A stretch of DNA of 64,000 bases from Felis catus (taxonomy: Eukaryota), in contig NC_058368.1 of NCBI RefSeq assembly GCF_018350175.1, positions 57,662,001 to 57,726,000 of the forward strand. The letters are read 5' to 3'. Positions 12,536 to 25,401 of this stretch are shown here, piece by piece. The first letter of the stretch is position 1. Every line of letters starts with the position of its first letter. Made by a program: the position numbers and the translations under genes. The notes beneath the pieces were generated by a model. That model saw only the letters and a list, made by a program, of their open reading frames with translations. It made no database searches and was not told the origin of the DNA.

Positions 12536-13605
12536 TTGTACTCCAAAGAGGACATCCAGATGGCTAACAGACACATTAAAAGATGCTCAACATCAGTCAT
12601 CACCAGGGAAATACAAATCAAAACCATAATGAGATACCACCTCACATCTGTCAGAATAGCTAAAATAACAACTCAGGAGACAACAGATGTTGAAGAAGAT
12701 GCAGAGAGAGTGGTACCCTTTTGAACTGTTGGTGGCAATGCAGACTGGTGCAGCCACTCTGGAAAACAGTATGGAGGTTCCTCGAAAAATTAAAAATACA
12801 ACTATGACCCACCAAGTGCACTACCAGTATTTATCTAAAGGATACAAAAATGCTGACTCGAAGATGCACATGCACCCCAATATTTATAGCAGTGCCATCA
12901 CCAATAGCTAAATTACAGAAAGAGCCAAGATGTCCATCAACTGATGAATGGATAAAGATATGGTATGTATATACAATGGAATACTACTCGGTGATCAAAA
13001 AATAAAATCTTGCCATTTGCAACAACATGGATGGAATTAGAGGGTATCATGTTACATGAAATAAGTCAGTCAGAGAAAGGCAGATATCATATGATTTCAC
13101 TCATGTGGAATTTGAGAAACACAACAGATGAACAGAAACTCTTTCTTAAAAAATTTTCAGTATTTATTTATGATTTATTGGTTATTAATGTTTATTATTT
13201 ATTGAGCATGAGTAGGAGAGGGGCAGAGAGAGAGGGAGACACAGAATCTGAAGCAGGCTCCAGGCTCTGAGCTGTCAGCACAGATACTGATGTGGGGCTT
13301 GAACTTGAAAACCGTGAGATCACAACCTGAAACGAAGTCAGATGCTCACTCAACTGACTAAGCCACCCAGATGTCTCCATAAGAACTCTTAAATATAGAG
13401 AAAAAGATGAGAGTTGATGGAGGGGTGGTAGGTGGGGGAATGGGTAAAATGGGTGATGGAATTAGGGAGGGGTAATTGCTTTTTTGGGGTAAGCAATGGG
13501 TGTCATATGTAAGAGATGAATCACTGGGTTCTACCCCTGAAGCCAAGACTATACTGTACTTTAACTAACTTGAATTTAAATACAAAATAAAAATAAATAA
13601 AAATA
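12536..13605 (+). mobile_element. 5'-truncated carnivore L1 (ORF2 C-terminus plus 3' UTR and A tail)
   Basis: [38 protein letters not shown] and PFATTWMELEGIMLHEISQSEK; 3' UTR ends gaatttaaatacaaaataaaaataaa. Confidence 0.95.
13142..13377 (-). mobile_element. CAN-SINE (felid-type) inserted in L1 3' UTR
   Basis: gagacacagaatctgaagcaggctccaggctctgagctgtcagcacaga..agccacccagatgtctc. Confidence 0.95.
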
Positions 13606-13725
13606 GGGGTGCCTGGGTGGCTTAGTCAGTTAAGTGGTGGACTCTTGATCTGGGCTTGGGTCATGATCTCATGGTTTTGTGAGATCGCATCAAGCTCTGT
13701 GCTGATAGCGTGGAGCTTGCTTAGG

Positions 13726-13766
<41 letters not shown>

Positions 13767-13868
13767 GCCCCTCCCCTGCTTAAACTGTCTCTCTCTCAAA
13801 AATGAATTTAAAAATAATAAATAAATAAATAAATAAATCCATCTATCCATACATACATACAAATAAAA
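13606..13868 (+). mobile_element. CAN-SINE inserted at L1 poly-A tail
   Basis: ggggtgcctgggtggcttagtcag head, (CT)n tract and (TAAA)/(TACA) tail. Confidence 0.95.
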
Positions 13869-14140
13869 TTTAGAGTAAGACAATCTCTTCTAGGACAGTA
13901 TGTTTCAATCTGGACATAATGCATATCTAAGGGGGAAGAGGGAAGGGATGTAAATGTAGAACTTCCTAAAGAGAAAGACTGGATTTATTTTAGAGGTGGT
14001 GGCTAAAGCAAATTAGATTCAATAATGAAGCACACAAATAACAAAAGAGAATGGGACATGCAGCCAGTAATGTATGTATAAATTATATTATGGATATATC
14101 TCCTACTTAATATTACATGTGATTTACCTAATCTTATTTT

Positions 14141-14329
14141 TTTAATGTTTATTTTTGAGAGAGAGAGAGTGTGTGAGCAGTGGAGGGGCAGAGAGAGGGA
14201 CACAGATGATCCAAAACAGGTTTCGTGCTGACAGCAGCGAGTCTGATGTGAGGCTCAAACTCACAAATGGCAAGATCCTGACCTGAGCCAACGTCACACT
14301 CTTAACCAACTGAGCCACCCAGGCACCCC
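14141..14329 (-). mobile_element. CAN-SINE with ~20-bp TSD
   Basis: TSD tgatttacctaatcttatttt (14120-14140) / tgacttacgtaatcttatttt (14330-14350). Confidence 0.95.
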
Positions 14330-15219
14330 TGACTTACGTAATCTTATTTTTAAGCATTGGAGTAAATAAATAGCAGAGAGTTTTTATATTCCCTTGTGAA
14401 TTTCTTTGAATTCTATGGCTTAAATATTTAAGTAAATCTAAACTTTATCATAGTGTACACCTAGAAATTTCTCAGCTTAATTGGAGTATTAAATTATAAT
14501 TTATTATGATTTTTAGAACCTTCCGATATATATTTTCTATTTTTTTAAAAAAGAGAAACTAATTAACAGATTTTGTTTGTAATCTAATACAATTATTTTC
14601 ACATACCACAGACAACACAATTATATCAGTATCTTATCACTCAATATAAATTGTGTCTGGATTGTTACAAATCGTGCTAATGCATTCATAAATACATCTT
14701 AAGTATGCACAAGAATTTCACCAAATGTTAGCTGTTTTTGTTCCTATTTTAGATAAACAAATTTTACATCTAATCAATTTGAAAAAAATGCAATCATCTA
14801 TTTTCTAAATTCTAAGTAAGGTTGCAAATTTTTGGAGCTTTGGATTTAAAATTTACATGAATTTTAATTATATTCATTATAAAATTTGGTCATTTGAATT
14901 AATTTTGAGAATACATTTGGAAATGTTGGGTTTACTTGCAATTTTCTAGTCAATATTTTTATGCTTAGGTGTTACACTTTTTAGGGCACTACTCAATCAT
15001 TATGTTATGATTGTGATTTTAAAAGTACTAACTATTGTTTTTATACCTAAATAGCTACCATAAATCTATTAGACTTGCTGGGAACAACCTTTTTGTGTGT
15101 TGAGATCATGAGCGGCTATTATACAAGCTGGCACTTATGAATTCTGCCAGGACAAAATTAACTTGGAAGTGAACTATTCTGCTATAATTATATATTAAAG
15201 ACAGAGAAGTAGCTTTTCA

Positions 15220-15268
<49 letters not shown>

Positions 15269-15432
15269 TATATATATATAAATATACATATATATAAATA
15301 TATATGTGTGTGTATATATATACACACACACGTACATATATATATTTATATATATATATTTATATATATACACACACACACACACACATACATATATATA
15401 TATTTATATATATATAAATATATATATATATA
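15220..15432. repeat. Compound (TA)n/(CA)n microsatellite
   Basis: Directly visible. Confidence 0.97.
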
Positions 15433-15494
15433 ATTTTGTTTTAATCTATACATGCAGATTAAAGATTTATCTTTGTTTTAAAGTTGCGAAATAT

Positions 15495-15702
15495 GGGGTG
15501 CCTGGGTGGCTCAGTCAGTAGGCGTCCAACTTCGGCTCCCGTCATGATCTCGCAGTTTGTGGGGTTTGAGCCCAGTGTCCGGTTCTGTTTTGACAGCCTG
15601 GATCCTGCTTCAGATTCTGTGTCTCCTCCTCTCTCTGCCCCTCCCATGCTCATGCTCTGTCTCTGTCTCTCAATAATAAATAAACATTAAAAAATTAAAA
15701 GA
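15495..15702 (+). mobile_element. CAN-SINE (felid-type)
   Basis: ggggtgcctgggtggctcagtcag head; degenerate TSD taaagttgcgaaat / taaagctgccaaat. Confidence 0.95.
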
Positions 15703-17014
15703 TAAAGCTGCCAAATGAAATTAATGCCTAAATTTTCTATCTAATATTTAAGCAAATGTATATGATGAGAAAGCTCCTCTGAATATCAGAGAAACACCAT
15801 AATCAAATCACAAACTGATATTAATAAACAACAAATCCTCAGCATGTCTGATACTAGGTTTATAGAAAGTAAACAGAAATGCATACAAATTTATTCACCT
15901 TAAACATGAAAACTATAAACAATTACATTTTTAACATCAATCTATTATATAATCTTATGTTTAAAATATTATAATGATAATGTAATAAGATAATAACTAG
16001 AAAAAGCTTAGTTTCTCATTTTTTTGGATAGCAGATGGGACAAGGTAGCACCATTATTAGAATTTTTACTTTAAACACATGTTATGATCTTTAACCATTT
16101 GAAACTCTGAATAGGAAATGTGCTGATACAAATAGCTAGTCATCTATATATCCAAGCTTTTAATTGTTTAGATTCCACATTTGCTAGTCAATGGTCAACT
16201 ATGAAAAATTCTTCAAGCAAAAAAAAATTTTTTCTTCTATTCAAAATATTCTATTTAAGAAACCAGAGCAAGAAGCAATTTTATTAAAAACTGCATGGTT
16301 TGGAAAGGATTCATTTATATCATTCACATGCCATTATTTATTCGTTGGCCTGCCTATCAATCAGTCTTATTTGAGACCTAATTTTATTTGAGGTTTTTAA
16401 AAAATGTTCTGCATGAGGATATACATGATAAAGCAAACCTGTCTCAAAAACTTCATAGTATAACAAGTGACATAATTATATGTACAATTATTTAAAACAT
16501 GCTATGAGAGAAATGGGTTTACAGTATATAAAAGTACCGGGGAGGAGTCATCCACCTTTGACTAGAATTAGTTGAATGGATATCAGAGAAGTCTCCATAG
16601 TGGATGTATATTCAAGGATTCTTAAAGGATGGGAATGAATTAGTTACAGCAACAAATTTCTATTAGGGACATGCAAGAACTGGGAGGAAGGAAAGAAATT
16701 TACATGTTTTGTGAGTCCCAAAAGTTTGACCTTGTTCAAAAATGGTCCATGGGTTAAGGAGGGTGATTTCATCATGCAAGATCAGACAAACTGGCATTTA
16801 CTAACAAATACTGATTTTATCACAGAAATGTAATTTGAGGAAAACTGGAATTCATTTTCTCACATATTCCTCAGAGGTAGTTATTTCATCCTTTCTCAAA
16901 TTTTTTTAAGAAAATGTGCTTTATTACATGGCATCTGCCTTCTAAGGGACACTTTACTAAACACTGATGTTGGGAAGCTTTACATATCTTAAGGCCAGGG
17001 TCTTTCATAATTTA

Positions 17015-17165
17015 TATCCAATTATTAGAGTCTTGTCTTTGGGAAAATACAGATAGAGTCATGCTGATAATTACTGTAGATTTTGGGTGAGGTCAAGATA
17101 CTGTCTATGTAAAATACAGGTGATGCTGATGCTTCTGGTTCACAAATCACACATTGAGTGGCAAG
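17015..17165. mobile_element. MER5A-like hAT DNA transposon remnant
   Basis: caggtgatgctgatgcttctggttcacaaatcacacattgagtggcaag resembles a MER5A end. Confidence 0.55.
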
Positions 17166-17564
17166 CTGCCAGACTCCCTGCTTACCTCAATTTGCACATT
17201 TTAATTCTACAGTATACTTCTTAGTGATGCTTGGAACTTAAAACAATGAAATCCACCAGGCTTTAGTAAATAGTTTACTATCACCCACATTATATCCAAA
17301 TCTGCTAGAATGATAAATTATCAATTCTTCTTCAACATACTAACTTGGAAAATGTCTCCAAAGCGTGTATGTATATACATGAATGCATATATATTCTCAG
17401 AATATTCTGAGATATATATATACACACACATATATATATCATATATATATATAAATTCATTCTGAGAATATAATATATAATATAATATGATATAATGGTA
17501 GAGACGGGTGTTAATACCTGAAATTAGGAAACGGAATCATTGCAATTAAATTAGTAAGCAATGA

Positions 17565-17768
17565 GGGGTGCCTGGGTGGCTCAGTTGGTTAAGTGTTTGA
17601 CTTCGACTCAGGTCACAATCTCGCAGTTGGTGGGTTTGAGCCCCGCATCGGGCTCTGTGCTGACTGCTCAGAGCCTGGAGCCTGCTTCGAATTCTGTCTC
17701 TCCCTCTCTGCTCCTCCTCTGCTTGCACTCTCCTTTTTTCTCAAAAGTAAATAAACATTTAATTTTTT
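17565..17768 (+). mobile_element. CAN-SINE (felid-type) with perfect 18-bp TSD
   Basis: ttaaattagtaagcaatg at 17546-17563 and 17769-17786. Confidence 0.97.
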
Positions 17769-20700
17769 TTAAATTAGTAAGCAATGGGATTGCCTTACAA
17801 CTTTCACCTAAACAGGACAAAATCCTCTAAGAAGGCAATAAAGAATGTTAATATCAGAAAACAAACCAGGCATCAGCTTTTCCCCTGATATAAATTCAAG
17901 TACCTTACACTCTGTCCATTAAGACTCTCCAGAAAATAGAAGAGTGACTGGATAACAAAGGATCATCCATTATTGAGGACCCACATTTTTTAAAGTCATT
18001 AACTGCTCTCCTAACAAAAGAGTAACCATTTCCTACAGCATTCTTCCCTAAAAATCATGTATCTGTGTTTCCCATTTCCTTTGTGCACTTGAACTTTTGC
18101 TTATAATTCTTCTCTGCTGCCGAGTCTGAGACTTCCAGCTTAGATCCACATTTTGCCAACATCACAAAATGCACTCTCTATCATGGCTATTGTCTCCAAT
18201 GGTTTTTCTCACTTTCATATCAGCAGCTGTCAGAATTGTCTCCAGAATATGGATTCTTGTACCCTATAGTTTCATTTAGCTCATGAGAAATGTCAAAAGT
18301 AAAAAGCAAACATGTGTAAGGTCCTCTGATACTACAAAATGAAAGATGAAGCCAAAATACTCTTAGTTAAATTTTCATAGCACCCGAAGTTTCACAGTGT
18401 ATTTTCTTTATTACGTACAGACTTTCTGGTACGTTAGTAACCTGCATTAGGAGAACACAGTCTATATTTCCCATCACTATTGAAATTTTATTTCAGCTTT
18501 CTGCCCTTGTGTTTCCTTTATTTTGCACCTTACAATCTGCTCTGCTATGTGACATTCCCTGTCTTGATATTTTTACTTTTGTTCTGAGCAACCCAGTTTT
18601 CAAAATCATGCACTGATGCTTTTTTCTAACTCTGAGTTCATAAAAATATTAATAGACTCCACTGGAATTTGAAAATAGAAGTATGCTTTTTTTATATACA
18701 TTGTTTGGCACCGTTACCTGTGATTTCCATCTGGCATGCAGCTATCCTACAAATATTTCACTGCACAAGCCAGTAGCTGGTTATATGAGTGGATAGTGTC
18801 ATAATATTCTTGGATGGTAGGAAAGTAAAAACAGAGAAAAGGGGCAGGGTAAGAAGAATTATTATACATGAGTGTTTTAAATTTGTTGTCAAAATATAGT
18901 ACTCAAATAATCAATATCTTTTATAATAACATCTACAATATATTATTTTAAATAACACAAATATATTGAGAAATATATTAATTGCATGTCTATTGTATTT
19001 GTAAATAATTTTGTATCTAACTAATAAACTCTCAGGATATAAATTAGATATAAAATTTGAGAAATACCCGCAACTCTCCTACCTTCACTATTTCTAATAA
19101 AGGATTCTATTCTTTAGGTGCCTAAGAGTTCATGGTGATTGCAATTATTTGTCTAGTATTGGGCAGTATCTTCCCACATGTTACACAATTATACAAGTCT
19201 TTAGAAATGTTTTAACATATGGTTATAAGTATTCCCAGTGATAAACTCCTTGCAGGAAAAGTAGTGTTCCTACAATGTGTTCCAATGTCTATGTCTTTAC
19301 TTCTTCATCTTCTTGCTAACAGAAGTGTTGAATATATTTTCCATTTCCTCAGAGGATTGCTCTAGAACAATTCTTTAGCTAGCTGCACTGTTTTGGTACA
19401 TTTTTAGAGGTGAAATTACAGGAAGCATTAATGGTTAGAAAATAGTTTTCTAGTTAGTTATTTCTACTTTTTCTTTCTTTAACTTTTTTTTTTTTTTTGT
19501 GGTGGTTCTGCAGGGGAAAGATGTTGGAAGGTACTTTTGGAGATATTAAAGCATGTTGTCAAGTCATTAACAGCCTAATTAAAGTTAGTGTTTGTTAAGC
19601 ACTTAAATCTGAACCTCCAGTTGTAATCTGATCTTGACAGACATCATTGTCTCATTCATCTTTAAAAAAATCCTACAATATAGGCATTACTGTGATCATA
19701 CAATGTAAACGTAATACCCACACCATCCCATCTAGGCTAGATTGAGTCAAGATTCCAACTCTACTCTGCATCCTGACACTGTTGTCTCCTCCCTCTCCCC
19801 TGGACACTTCATATGGAGTTATAACACTCAACTGTACATTTTGGTGTGACCACTTCCTTACCAACTCAGAGACTACATTTTTTATTTTAATGGCATTCAG
19901 AACTTAAAATATTTGAGCCAGAATTCTTTACTGAATATATGCAGCAACCTAATCTCTTTTAGAATATGACAGTTTCATTTATTCAGTTGTTCAAGGCAAA
20001 GGTGCTAGAGTATTTTCTTTCTCTTCTGTCTCATATGAAAAAACTACCAGCAAATTCTCTCAACTTTATGTTTAAAGTATAACCATAGTCCAACCATTTC
20101 TCATTATCACCTATAACTTAAGGTACCATAAATTCAAGATATCTGAAGCTAATTTTGCTTCATACATCCAAATAGTGGGATTTCACTTAACTGAGGGAAA
20201 CTTTTGTATTGAATATACAAGAATATACTTGGGTACATTACTTAATTTTATGGAGTAGCTGTCATCTTAGAGAATTAGTAATTTCTATGAGGGGGAGAAA
20301 AGATATTCCCAGAGACATTTTCTGTCATATTTGTAAAATACAATATCTTTTGAAATTTTCTCCCTTAAGATGGCACTTGGAATATATTACATTCTTGGAC
20401 AAAAATTCATAGTTAGGGAATCATTTTAAGAGTCTTTAAGAGTTGCAGCACAGAAGAAGATCATACATTGATGATAAAAAAGCAATTTCCACTTAAAGGT
20501 GACTAATGAAGGAAGTAACTTTTGTTTATCCCCACCCCTCAAAGTCTAGAGTCATAACTTTTCTGTAATTTTATTTTTGTGTGGTTCTCAAATTAACAAT
20601 TTTAAGCTTATTAATTAAACTGTATATACATTAAAATAATTGCATATGTCATATGATGAATTAAAATAAAAAGCGAAATTCTATGTAACCACCATACAGG

Positions 20701-21236
20701 TTAATAAATAGAAAATTACTGGTACAATGGAAACCCACCTACTGATCCCTTTCAGTGACTACCCACTCTTTTCTTTACCAAGACAACCACCATGCCAAAT
20801 AGTAACAGAATCATTTTGCTTGTGTTAGATTTTGTCTAATTGAAATATATGTGAAGTATTTTGTGTCTTGTTTCTTTTGTTTATATACAGGAGATATGAG
20901 TCTTAAACTTGTAAATTATAAACAAATAAAGAGGCAACACTGAACCAGATACCGTCTATTAATGCAGATATTAAAGCAGGTTAAACCAGAGTAGTACAGT
21001 GTCAAACAAGTTGAAATCTAGCAAAATTAAACACCATTGTTTACTTGATTTTTTAAATTTCAGATTTATTATTGCCTTAATTAATTTCTCAAAATTTTAG
21101 TAATATATTGTCAACTAGTTGCAAATATCCCATAGACCTTATTATTCTCTACTAACTACCCTCTTCATTACCTCTATGTTTTCATTTATTCATTAATTTT
21201 GCTTATTTTTGTACATCAACTAGACTATACAATTTA

Positions 21237-21412
21237 AAAAAAAAAATTTAATGTTTATTTTTAAGAGAAAGACAGACAGACAGAATCCAAAGCAGGATCC
21301 AGGTTCTGAGCTGTCAGCACAGAGACTGATGTGGGGCTAGAACTCACCAACCATGAGATCATGATCTAAGATGAAGTCAGCCACCCAACCGACTGAGCCA
21401 CCCAGGTGCCCC
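21237..21412 (-). mobile_element. CAN-SINE
   Basis: gactgagccacccaggtgcccc head; degenerate TSD ctagactatacaattt / ctagaccttacagttt. Confidence 0.95.
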
Positions 21413-23348
21413 TAGACCTTACAGTTTTAAGGACAGAGATTATACAAATATCTAACATAGTGCTTGGGACTTTGTAGCTATTCAAATACTATTCGTGTTA
21501 ATGAATTAAATGATTGGTTATTCTCTGCATATCACTTGTATATTTACACCTTAATATCTTATTGCAAGACTTAGTCAAAATAATAAATATTTATAACACA
21601 ATAAAACAAATGTTTCTTATATGAACTTGTTATTTGAAGTATAACATACAAACAGAAAACATACAGCATAAATTATGAGTTAGAGCTCAAATTTTCAGAA
21701 AGTGAACTGACCTATGAAACTGGCATTCCAATCAAGAAACAGACTATAACCAACACCTTAGGAGGCCCTCATATCCTTTTCCACCTTCACCTTTCACAGG
21801 TAACCACTATCCTGCCACCTAATACCATAGTTTTGTCAACTGAACTGTACAGAGAGAAAAAACAAAACAAAATAACTTAGTCTTAGAGAAGTGACTTAGG
21901 ACAGCTGGGGCTAGTGAGTGGTGGAGTCAGCAAGACTAGGAGGCTGGCACAATTCCTCTCGCAGGATATATTTTTATCGCATACCAGTCTCAGTGTGTCA
22001 GTTGAGTATCCAGGTACCATAATCTGGCTGCAGATGAAGGGGAGTGGTGAGGACAAAAAGCAGAAGACAGACTTGGAGATATAGGAGAAAGTCCAATAAG
22101 TACCAAAGAACTGCTGGAGTGAAAAAGAAGATGTAGCCAAGTGGGAACTGGAGAAGGACCAGACCAGTTTCCCAATGCTCTGCACAGGGATCCTTGAGTA
22201 AATTCCAAGGATTTCCGCCCTGGGCTATTTCCCCACAACACCTCCATTCTTTTCAGCTAATTTTAGACTTGAGGAGGTCTAGAGCTGTAGATGGGGTAAG
22301 CAGATGGGTAGGATGCTCAATGTGTAAAGACATGTGATTTACAGTTATAAGTAATTGTGATTTATTAATTTTGTTGCCTCATATTGCTCCCATTGTGTGA
22401 TGGTATCACACATTCATTCATCTATTTTACTGCTGATAATTTCTCATTGTTTGCCATTAGGATGATGATATACATGCTATGGACTCATGTTTATACATAT
22501 ATTTTGCATACATTTTACCAATTCTGTTTGGTATAATATATTATTCTTAGGAATGAAATTGCTGGATTACAGAGGATGCATGTGCTTAGTTCTAGTAGAT
22601 CCTGCCAAATCATTTTCCAAAGTGATTAGAGCATCTTGTACTTCTATCACCAGTGTATGTGAATTCTCATTTCTCTATGTAATTCTGTGAGTTTCTAATT
22701 TAGGTCATTATTAAGAATGGAATAGTATCAATTATGGTTACAATTTGTATTTTTATGACATAAATTTAAACAGCATTTATGTATCTTGACAATTTTGCTA
22801 TGACTAGTTAAATGCATTTCTAATTTTTTGAACTTTTCCCTTCATTTTAAAAATTATGAATATATTTTACCTGTTATTTGTACAACCTAGAAAATTACTT
22901 TATTACATAAATTGTAAACATTCCTAACATTTGGTTCACTACCTTTACCTCTTTAATGGACACATACTTTTAATTCTGATGCGGTCCAGTTTGTCAAACT
23001 TTTCCTTTACGATTAGTGTATCATATATCTTGCTGAAGAAATGGTTTCCTACTTCCAAGACCATGCTTCTCTTGTACTATTTTCTAAGTTTTATTTTACT
23101 TTCATATTGAGATCTATGTTCTAAGTGAAATTGATACATGTGTATGATATAGATTGGAAATAAGGATTCATTTGGTTTCACATAGTCAACTGAAGTAACA
23201 GCAATTATTGAAGACCATTTAAAATTTTCTGTCTGCCATCTTCATAATTCCAATGTCGCTTCACATGTGAGGCTATTTCTGAAGTTTCACTAATCTAATT
23301 TTTAATCTTTGTGTCAACACTACAATATGTTCAGTACTGTTGCATCAT

Positions 23349-23354
<6 letters not shown>

Positions 23355-23398
<44 letters not shown>
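23355..23398. repeat. (CA)n microsatellite, about 22 units
   Basis: Directly visible. Confidence 0.98.
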
Positions 23399-23402
<4 letters not shown>

Positions 23403-25326
23403 TTAGATTTTAAGTTCTATTGGATTTCCCGCCTCTTCCTCCTCCTCCCCTGCCCATTCCCATTCTCCTTTTCCTGGTCTTCATGATTATCTTGGTTATT
23501 GTGAACTTCAAATTTTTAAATTTTATATACATTTGTATACATTTTAGAGTAAGATTTTGACACTACCAATAACCACACCAATCCTCAAAATCAATTATGA
23601 TTTTGGTAGACATTTCCTTGTATCTACACATCAATCGGGGAAAAAATGACATCGTTTCAATATAAAACCTTCATTTTTGGAACGTAACATATTCTACTTA
23701 TGTTAAATTTTAGAAAAACTATCAATATTGCTTATAATTTTCTGTCTTAAGGTCTCCAAACATTTTGTCAGGCAAACGAATACATCTGTATCTGAGTTTT
23801 TTAATGTTACTGTTTTTCTTTTGTTTCTTTGTTTACTTTTTATTCTTTGCTTGTTGCTGGTATATAGCAACATACATGGCTACATTAAGGCACCGTTAGT
23901 AAACTTACTGTTTATTAATATATCTTTAAATTATTTTGTAATTTAATCATATACAAAAATCTCATCGGGGCTATCAATGATGTTATTTTCTTTCTTTACA
24001 CACCTTGTATATTCAGCTTACTATTATTCTTTTTTAGCAGTGGTAAGGACTTAACAGAAGTGTTGATGGTGGCAATGTATGCCTTCTTTCCATTCTCAGT
24101 AGAAAATGTCTATTGTTTTACAATAAGTATGATATTTGCTACAGGAAATATTCTAGATACTAAAATTCATATCTTGAATTTCATGATTTTATTGGAATTG
24201 ATTGAAATAATCATATAATTTATTTTTAATCCCAAATATTAAACCAACTTTACCAATTAGGTTAGATGTAATGTATATTGCTCAAATGCATTTGCTAATA
24301 TTTTCATTAGAATATCTGAAACCATTTCATTGTGTTTTTCCAGAAATTTACCAGTTTTAACTAAATTTAAAAATTTTGTGGGTTAAATTTTTTATAGTAT
24401 TATTATACTAACTTTTTAATGTGTAAGTCTACAGTGAAATCTTATTTTAAAACCTGAATTTGGCAAATTGTGCCTTCTCTAATTTTTCTTTAACCAGCCT
24501 TACCAGAGATCTAGCAACTTCATTACTCCACTGAGAGAATAATGAGTTTTGCCATTGTTAATATTCACTAGTACATCTGTATGTCTTATATTTATTCATT
24601 TGTGGTTATATTTTGTTTCTATTTTCTTTGAAATTAATCTGCTATTCTACGGATAGCATTAGATGGATGGATGGATGCGTTAATCACTAATTCAGACTTC
24701 ATTTTCTACTGTATTTTATATGTATTTACATTTATATATGTATATATACACATAATATCCTTTAAGTGCAGCTTTATCTACCACACATGTGTTTTATAAG
24801 TTGCATTTTATTAGAAATGTTGAAAACACTTTAATTTTTACAATGAGGTTTAGATGTATAGATCTTTATTTCCAAATGTATGAAGTTTTCTCTTCTAGTT
24901 CTTTTAAAAATATGATTTATAGACTAAGTTCTCTATGAAAGGTACACCTACTCTCTAAATTTTTGACATTTATTGAGACTTGCTTTGTGACAAGAACTCT
25001 TTACGAAATGAATTAAGCAGTTTTAGATATTGTTTGTGTAGTCACTTAGCAGTTAGTTTAATTTTCTTTATCATATGTTCTTAATCTCCATATTATTTGT
25101 CTTAATATTTTTAGACATATTAAAATATTAATACTTTACTTTATTTTTTCCTTTACATACTTTAATATTTAGTTGCTTGTGAAATTTCATCTGCATATTT
25201 TCTTCTTTGCCTAGTTTATTAATTTCCTTGTCATTTGTGTCTAATCAATTATTAAACCTATTTATGAATCTGAGAGATTTTATTTACTTCTGTAAAATCA
25301 TCTGATTTTATAAAGTTTATAGTTTC

Positions 25327-25401
25327 TTTTTTTTTTATGAAATTTATTGTCAAATTGGTTTCCGTACAACACCCAGTGCTCATCCCAAAAGGTGCCCTCC
25401 T
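25327..25401 (-). mobile_element. Very short young felid L1 3' end with perfect 16-bp TSD
   Basis: T-tract followed by atgaaatttattgtcaaattggtttccgtacaacacccagtgctcatcccaaaaggtgccctcct; TSD taaagtttatagtttc at 25311-25326 and 25402-25417. Confidence 0.93.

Noticed and set aside
17546..17830. Recurring peptide family (AQSLEPASDSVSP..) across many ORFs
   Set aside because: These are translations of CAN-SINE sequence, not a gene family.
22010..22175. Vague resemblance of the insert translation to small coiled-coil proteins such as CCDC127
   Set aside because: Only scattered residues in low-complexity charged sequence; cannot be supported without a search.
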